A DNA stretch of 64,000 nucleotides from Promethearchaeota archaeon (GTDB lineage: Archaea > Asgardarchaeota > Lokiarchaeia > Sigyniarchaeales > SOKP01). The stretch spans positions 80,922-144,921 of the forward strand of contig JAGXNO010000003.1 of NCBI GenBank assembly GCA_019894975.1, read 5' to 3'. Numbering within the stretch: position 1 is the first letter of the stretch; each line of letters begins with the position of its first letter. A program made the position numbers and the translations under genes. The notes under the pieces are model-generated. The model worked only from the letters and a program-made list of their open reading frames with translations. It did not search any database and was not told the origin of the DNA. Shown here in pieces: positions 59,955 to 64,000 of this stretch.

Positions 59955-61106
59955 TCATATAAATTTTTCAACATTTATACCAAATCGTACGGCTGTTGCA
60001 TTTGTAATCTCAGTAATATATTTAAGTTCTTGTGTGGAAAAATCTGGAGTATAATAAGTAGGTTTATGTAAGTGATTAATATAATAATCCTTCACTTTGA
60101 TAAAATTCTCTGAGGGTAAATCTGTGTGCTTCAATATGAGATCAATAACTTTAGCGGGATTTTCACATAATTCATCATAATTCACAATTAGAGTTGCTTT
60201 TTTGAGTTCCTTATTTTTTTCAAGTTGGGTGGCTATGAAATCATAAATAGAAGCCCAGTAATATGCCCACCCTTTTACATAAGATTTTTTCTTGCTCCAC
60301 AATTTACGAATTTTATAAATCATTTCTGGGTTATTTACATTTATACATATACGTTGATGACCAAATTCTTGGTGCCCCAAAATTTTCAACCAGTCTTGGA
60401 AAATAGAAATATATTTTTCCATCTTCATGAAAAGCTTTGTTTGTTTAATTAAAGATGCAATTTGATCTACTGGATTGCGAATAATTAACAAAAATTTAAC
60501 AGAGGGAAAAATACCTTGTAAATATTCCATTCTCGTGATATTATAGTTGTTTTTTGCTAAATACTGAGGTCGTCCTTGAGCAATTAAGAGCTTTTTGATA
60601 TGATTTGAATAATATCTTTCAAATTTGGGTTTTACTACATTTCTATTGATAATATGTGAAAAATTATCAGTACGGGTGTGCTTAAAATATTTTTTCCAAA
60701 AAATTTCTTCCACTGCTTCTGGGCTATCACTCGTAATCATTATACCATCCTTATGAATCCTTTCAACAGGTTTAGAATAAACCTTAAGCTTAAGGGAAAT
60801 TTGATTTAACCAATAAGGAAAAAAGGGTATAAGAAGATTCTTATATTGATGTGTTGCTAAATTTGGGTGCTTACTCAACATCTCTAGCATTATTGTTGTT
60901 CCTGAACGAGCTAATCCCGTAATGTAGATAGGTTTATTTATTTTTACTTTACGAATTTTATTACGTAAGATAAAAGTCTCAAATCTTTCATGAAGAAAAG
61001 TAATGGGTGTACACAATTGAAAAAATTTGGTTATAAAATATCCCATATATCCAGATATTGGTAAATGAAAAGATTGATCTTTCGGTTTATGTCTAAGGCT
61101 TAACAT
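59955..61106 (-). CDS. PAPS-dependent sulfotransferase
   Basis: PIYITGLARSGTT (5'-PSB loop), KN, IIRNP..S (3'-PB), YDELCENP. Confidence 0.88.
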   Translation of the reverse strand: MLSLRHKPKDQSFHLPISGYMGYFITKFFQLCTPITFLHERFETFILRNKIRKVKINKPIYITGLARSGTTIMLEMLSKHPNLATHQYKNLLIPFFPYWLNQISLKLKVYSKPVERIHKDGIMITSDSPEAVEEIFWKKYFKHTRTDNFSHIINRNVVKPKFERYYSNHIKKLLIAQGRPQYLAKNNYNITRMEYLQGIFPSVKFLLIIRNPVDQIASLIKQTKLFMKMEKYISIFQDWLKILGHQEFGHQRICINVNNPEMIYKIRKLWSKKKSYVKGWAYYWASIYDFIATQLEKNKELKKATLIVNYDELCENPAKVIDLILKHTDLPSENFIKVKDYYINHLHKPTYYTPDFSTQELKYITEITNATAVRFGINVEKFI

Positions 61107-61173
61107 TACTTTAGTCTGAAGTTTTGAATTATCTTATAGAAAGGGTTGGAATTAGAGTTTAAAATTTGGATTT

Positions 61174-62634
61174 TCAATTAAATTTTATGGTAGTCGATAT
61201 TATATCTGTTTCATTTTTCATTCTCCTAATACTTCTAAAAAATCTTAGAAGATCCGTAATAGCTTGAATATTTTTTGTATTTAAAAACAAATTTATTCCC
61301 TTTTTCCTAAATAATCTCATAAAAGTATCTTTCCACCCCCTCTTAAAATACCCATAATAATATGCCTTAGACAAAAGTTCTTCCAATCTTTGCTTGGAGA
61401 GATTATTTAATCGATTAACTGCCGTAGTAAAATTGTATTTACTCCAATTATGAGATAAAGGATAACCTTTTTCAATTAAAGTATCCCTGAACTTCGTGCC
61501 TGGTAGAGGAGTCATTATGGAATATAACGGAAAGTCGATTCCCAACTTTTTTACTACTTTTATCATTAAGTCAGTATCTTCCTCTCTCTCATTAAGATTT
61601 GAGCCTACCAGCATACTACCAATTATTACTATATCATTATCATGCAGAATTTTAATTGCATCAAAAATATCTCTTAATTGTATTCTTTTTTGAATACTAT
61701 TTAAAGATTTTTGATTAAACGATTCTATACCAAGGAAAAAACACCAAAATCCTGCCTTAGACATTTTTTTAATTATATTTGGATTCTTTTTTATAACATC
61801 AATACGACTTTGACATGTTAAATCCACTTTTATCCCTTCTTTGATAATCAAATCACAAATTTTCTCTACTCTCTTAATATCTGACGTAAAATTATCATCC
61901 ACAATCATTACGTTCATATGGTTTTTTCCATTTGTAATAATCTTCAACTCTTGTATAACACGTTCAGGACTTCTTGTTCTATAGGTTCCCCGATAAAAGA
62001 GATGGATATTACAGAAAGTGCAGTCAAATGGACAACCCCTTGATGTTTCAATCGCATCTATGGGCATTTGAAAGATTTGGAAATAAGATTTATTATGTCT
62101 TAATTTTCTTGCTGGAAAGGGCAGTTCATCTAAGTTTTTGATTAATGGACGATCTGGATTGTTTATAATACTCCCATTGTTTTTAAATGATATTCCTTTT
62201 ATCTCTTCTAAGTTTTTATTTTCTATTAATTCCCGAAATGTGATTTCCCCTTCTCCTCGAACAACAACGTCTACAAATGGATATTTAATAACCTCAGTAG
62301 GAATAAAATTAGGATGCCAACCTCCCAATACAATTGAATATCCATGTTTTTTTGACTCTTTTGCTATTTCCAAGGCAAAATTAACTCCTGTTGTAAAGCA
62401 ACATGATATACCAACGATATCGGGTTTAAATTCATTAATTTCCTCCATTATTTCCTTAAGGTTTAAATTCCTTACTTTACCGTTGATTATCTTCACTTCA
62501 ACGAAATCTAAGATACTAGCTGCAAGATATTCTAATCCTAAAGCCGGGATTGTAAATTTATCTGTAATACTTTTAATAATATAATTAGGATTTACTAGCA
62601 CTACTCTTTGGATGTCTTTATCAAATAATTTCAT
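61174..62634 (-). CDS. Cobalamin-binding radical SAM enzyme
   Basis: PALGLEYLA, LGGWHP, RGEGE, ETSRGCPFDCTFC, DDNF, GIES, TPLPGT. Confidence 0.9.
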   Translation of the reverse strand: MKLFDKDIQRVVLVNPNYIIKSITDKFTIPALGLEYLAASILDFVEVKIINGKVRNLNLKEIMEEINEFKPDIVGISCCFTTGVNFALEIAKESKKHGYSIVLGGWHPNFIPTEVIKYPFVDVVVRGEGEITFRELIENKNLEEIKGISFKNNGSIINNPDRPLIKNLDELPFPARKLRHNKSYFQIFQMPIDAIETSRGCPFDCTFCNIHLFYRGTYRTRSPERVIQELKIITNGKNHMNVMIVDDNFTSDIKRVEKICDLIIKEGIKVDLTCQSRIDVIKKNPNIIKKMSKAGFWCFFLGIESFNQKSLNSIQKRIQLRDIFDAIKILHDNDIVIIGSMLVGSNLNEREEDTDLMIKVVKKLGIDFPLYSIMTPLPGTKFRDTLIEKGYPLSHNWSKYNFTTAVNRLNNLSKQRLEELLSKAYYYGYFKRGWKDTFMRLFRKKGINLFLNTKNIQAITDLLRFFRSIRRMKNETDIISTTIKFN

Positions 62635-62792
62635 TTATAGCTCATTTCTATTACAGTGTGTATTACTCAAAATACTTTAAAAGTTAATTTTGTTTTTAAG
62701 ATTTATTTAATTTAAATAAGTAATTTAAAATTAAATTGATGATGTTTTAATTCAAACTACCATTACAATTAATTCAAATTTAAAGTGATTTT

Positions 62793-64000
62793 TTGAAAGT
62801 ATCCTTAATTTTTCCAAAACCCCCAGAAAAAGGAATTTTTTGCGGTACTGTTAAGGAAGCAGAAAAATACGTAAAAGAAAAGATAGATTTCTATGGGTTT
62901 CCTCCTTTGGGTATCCTATCCCTCGCTACTTATCTAAGCGAAAATAATTTTGATGTATCTATTTATGATCAATTTGCTCGAGGAGCATCGATTGATGATA
63001 CTTTAAAGTGGATAAAACGAGAAGATCCTGATATTTTAGGTTTTTCAACAATAACCACATCAGGAACAGGAATTACCTCAGCCGAAATTTCTAAACGATT
63101 TAAGGAAGAAATAAACCCTAATGTGAAAATCTTATTTGGGAATTATCACGCAACTTTCAACGATACTAGAATATTAAATAAATACCCATATATTGATGCT
63201 TGCATAAGAGGAGAGGGGGAAAAAACTCTTTTAGAAATTGCTGAAAAATCTGAAAAAGGTCATGGTTTTGAGGATATAAAAGGTGTAACATATCGGGATA
63301 ATGGTAGAATTATCAGAAATGCAGATAGACCCCTCATAGAAAATATAGATACACTTCCTTTTCCAAATAGGAAATTGTTAGGAAATGTAGAATATAAAAG
63401 TGAGGTAGAAGGTCTTGATATCTCTTTAGGTAACTTTACAACAGCTGCTTCTTCTAGAGGGTGTGCATTTCAATGTACATTTTGCTCAAGTGCTAAGTTC
63501 TGGGCCAAATGGCGTCCAAGATCTCCGGAAAACATAGTCGAAGAACTTTCTCTTCTTGATAATCAAGGATATCAAAATTTGTATTGGGTTGATGATAATT
63601 TTACAATCAGCAAAAAAAGATTATTAAAATTATCATATTTAATCAGAAAAGAAAAGATAGATATGAATTGGATGGCAGAAGGTAGGGTGACTATGAGCTC
63701 AAGAGAACTATTAACTGCAATGAAGCATATGGGCTGTAAAATCATAAGCTATGGTGTTGAAAGCGGCTCACAAAGAGTTTTAAATTGGTACAATAAGAAA
63801 ATTACATTAGATCAAGTTCATGATGCAATAAAGAATTCGAAAAAAGTTGGGATCGATATTATCTTAGCTAATTTTATACTAGGAGCACCAATAGAAACTC
63901 GTGAAGAAATAATCGACACATTCAATTTAGCACTTAAGTTGGATATTGATTTTCCACAATTTCATATTCTAGGTATAATTCCTGGGAATTGGATTGGGGA
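62793..64000 (+). CDS. Cobalamin-binding radical SAM enzyme, partial (runs off the window)
   Basis: Manual translation from TTG 62793: MKVSLIFP..PPLGILSLA..GNYHAT..RGEGE..SRGCAFQCTFC..DDNF..GVES. Confidence 0.88.
   Translation, partial: MKVSLIFPKPPEKGIFCGTVKEAEKYVKEKIDFYGFPPLGILSLATYLSENNFDVSIYDQFARGASIDDTLKWIKREDPDILGFSTITTSGTGITSAEISKRFKEEINPNVKILFGNYHATFNDTRILNKYPYIDACIRGEGEKTLLEIAEKSEKGHGFEDIKGVTYRDNGRIIRNADRPLIENIDTLPFPNRKLLGNVEYKSEVEGLDISLGNFTTAASSRGCAFQCTFCSSAKFWAKWRPRSPENIVEELSLLDNQGYQNLYWVDDNFTISKKRLLKLSYLIRKEKIDMNWMAEGRVTMSSRELLTAMKHMGCKIISYGVESGSQRVLNWYNKKITLDQVHDAIKNSKKVGIDIILANFILGAPIETREEIIDTFNLALKLDIDFPQFHILGIIPGNWIG

Noticed and set aside
185-62584. Many short antisense or alternate-frame ORFs in the track (e.g. 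1275, 3473, 10334, 14139, 16792, 35588, 62138)
   Set aside because: They are shadows of well-supported genes and carry no motifs.
1-64000. Genome-wide UGA reassignment to Trp or Gly
   Set aside because: TGA ends ordinary genes here (21934, 50222, 57797, 59955, 61174), and the internal TGAs align to Cys only.
1-64000. tRNA, rRNA, transposase or integrase genes
   Set aside because: None recognised by eye; a tRNAscan-SE/Infernal run would be needed to exclude small RNAs.

Overview
AT-rich archaeal DNA, most likely from an Asgard archaeon of the Lokiarchaeia type. This is inferred from the archaeal uL16/L10e gene, IPGY-TM-basic C-terminal sorting signals, Rag-like and MglA-like small GTPases, an arrestin-fold protein and a eukaryote-type SECIS. 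The window has three parts. (1) 1-17.7 kb is a heterodisulfide-reductase supercluster: four HdrA-family genes, two HdrD-like genes, two MvhD/VhuD genes and two FrhB-family genes. The ORF track breaks or misses two selenoprotein genes here: an HdrA with four in-frame UGA codons at Cys-equivalent positions (15776-17722) and a VhuD with two (15299-15772). They are followed by one eukaryote-like SECIS whose AUGA core contains the vhuD stop codon. (2) 18-40 kb holds mixed housekeeping, surface and eukaryotic-signature genes. (3) 40.5-64 kb is a lipid/glycan-modification island. Its core is a six-gene operon (44283-51592): two radical SAM/SPASM enzymes, a B12-radical SAM, an ABBA aromatic prenyltransferase, an SCP2 protein and a U32-family protein. 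Four of these six proteins carry the same ~80-aa helical accessory domain. This operon is the best candidate for an undescribed system, an O2-independent pathway to a prenylated aromatic or quinone-like compound assembled through a shared docking module. Three genes across parts 2 and 3 appear to start at AUA/AUU. All family assignments come from motif recognition by eye; no database searches were run.
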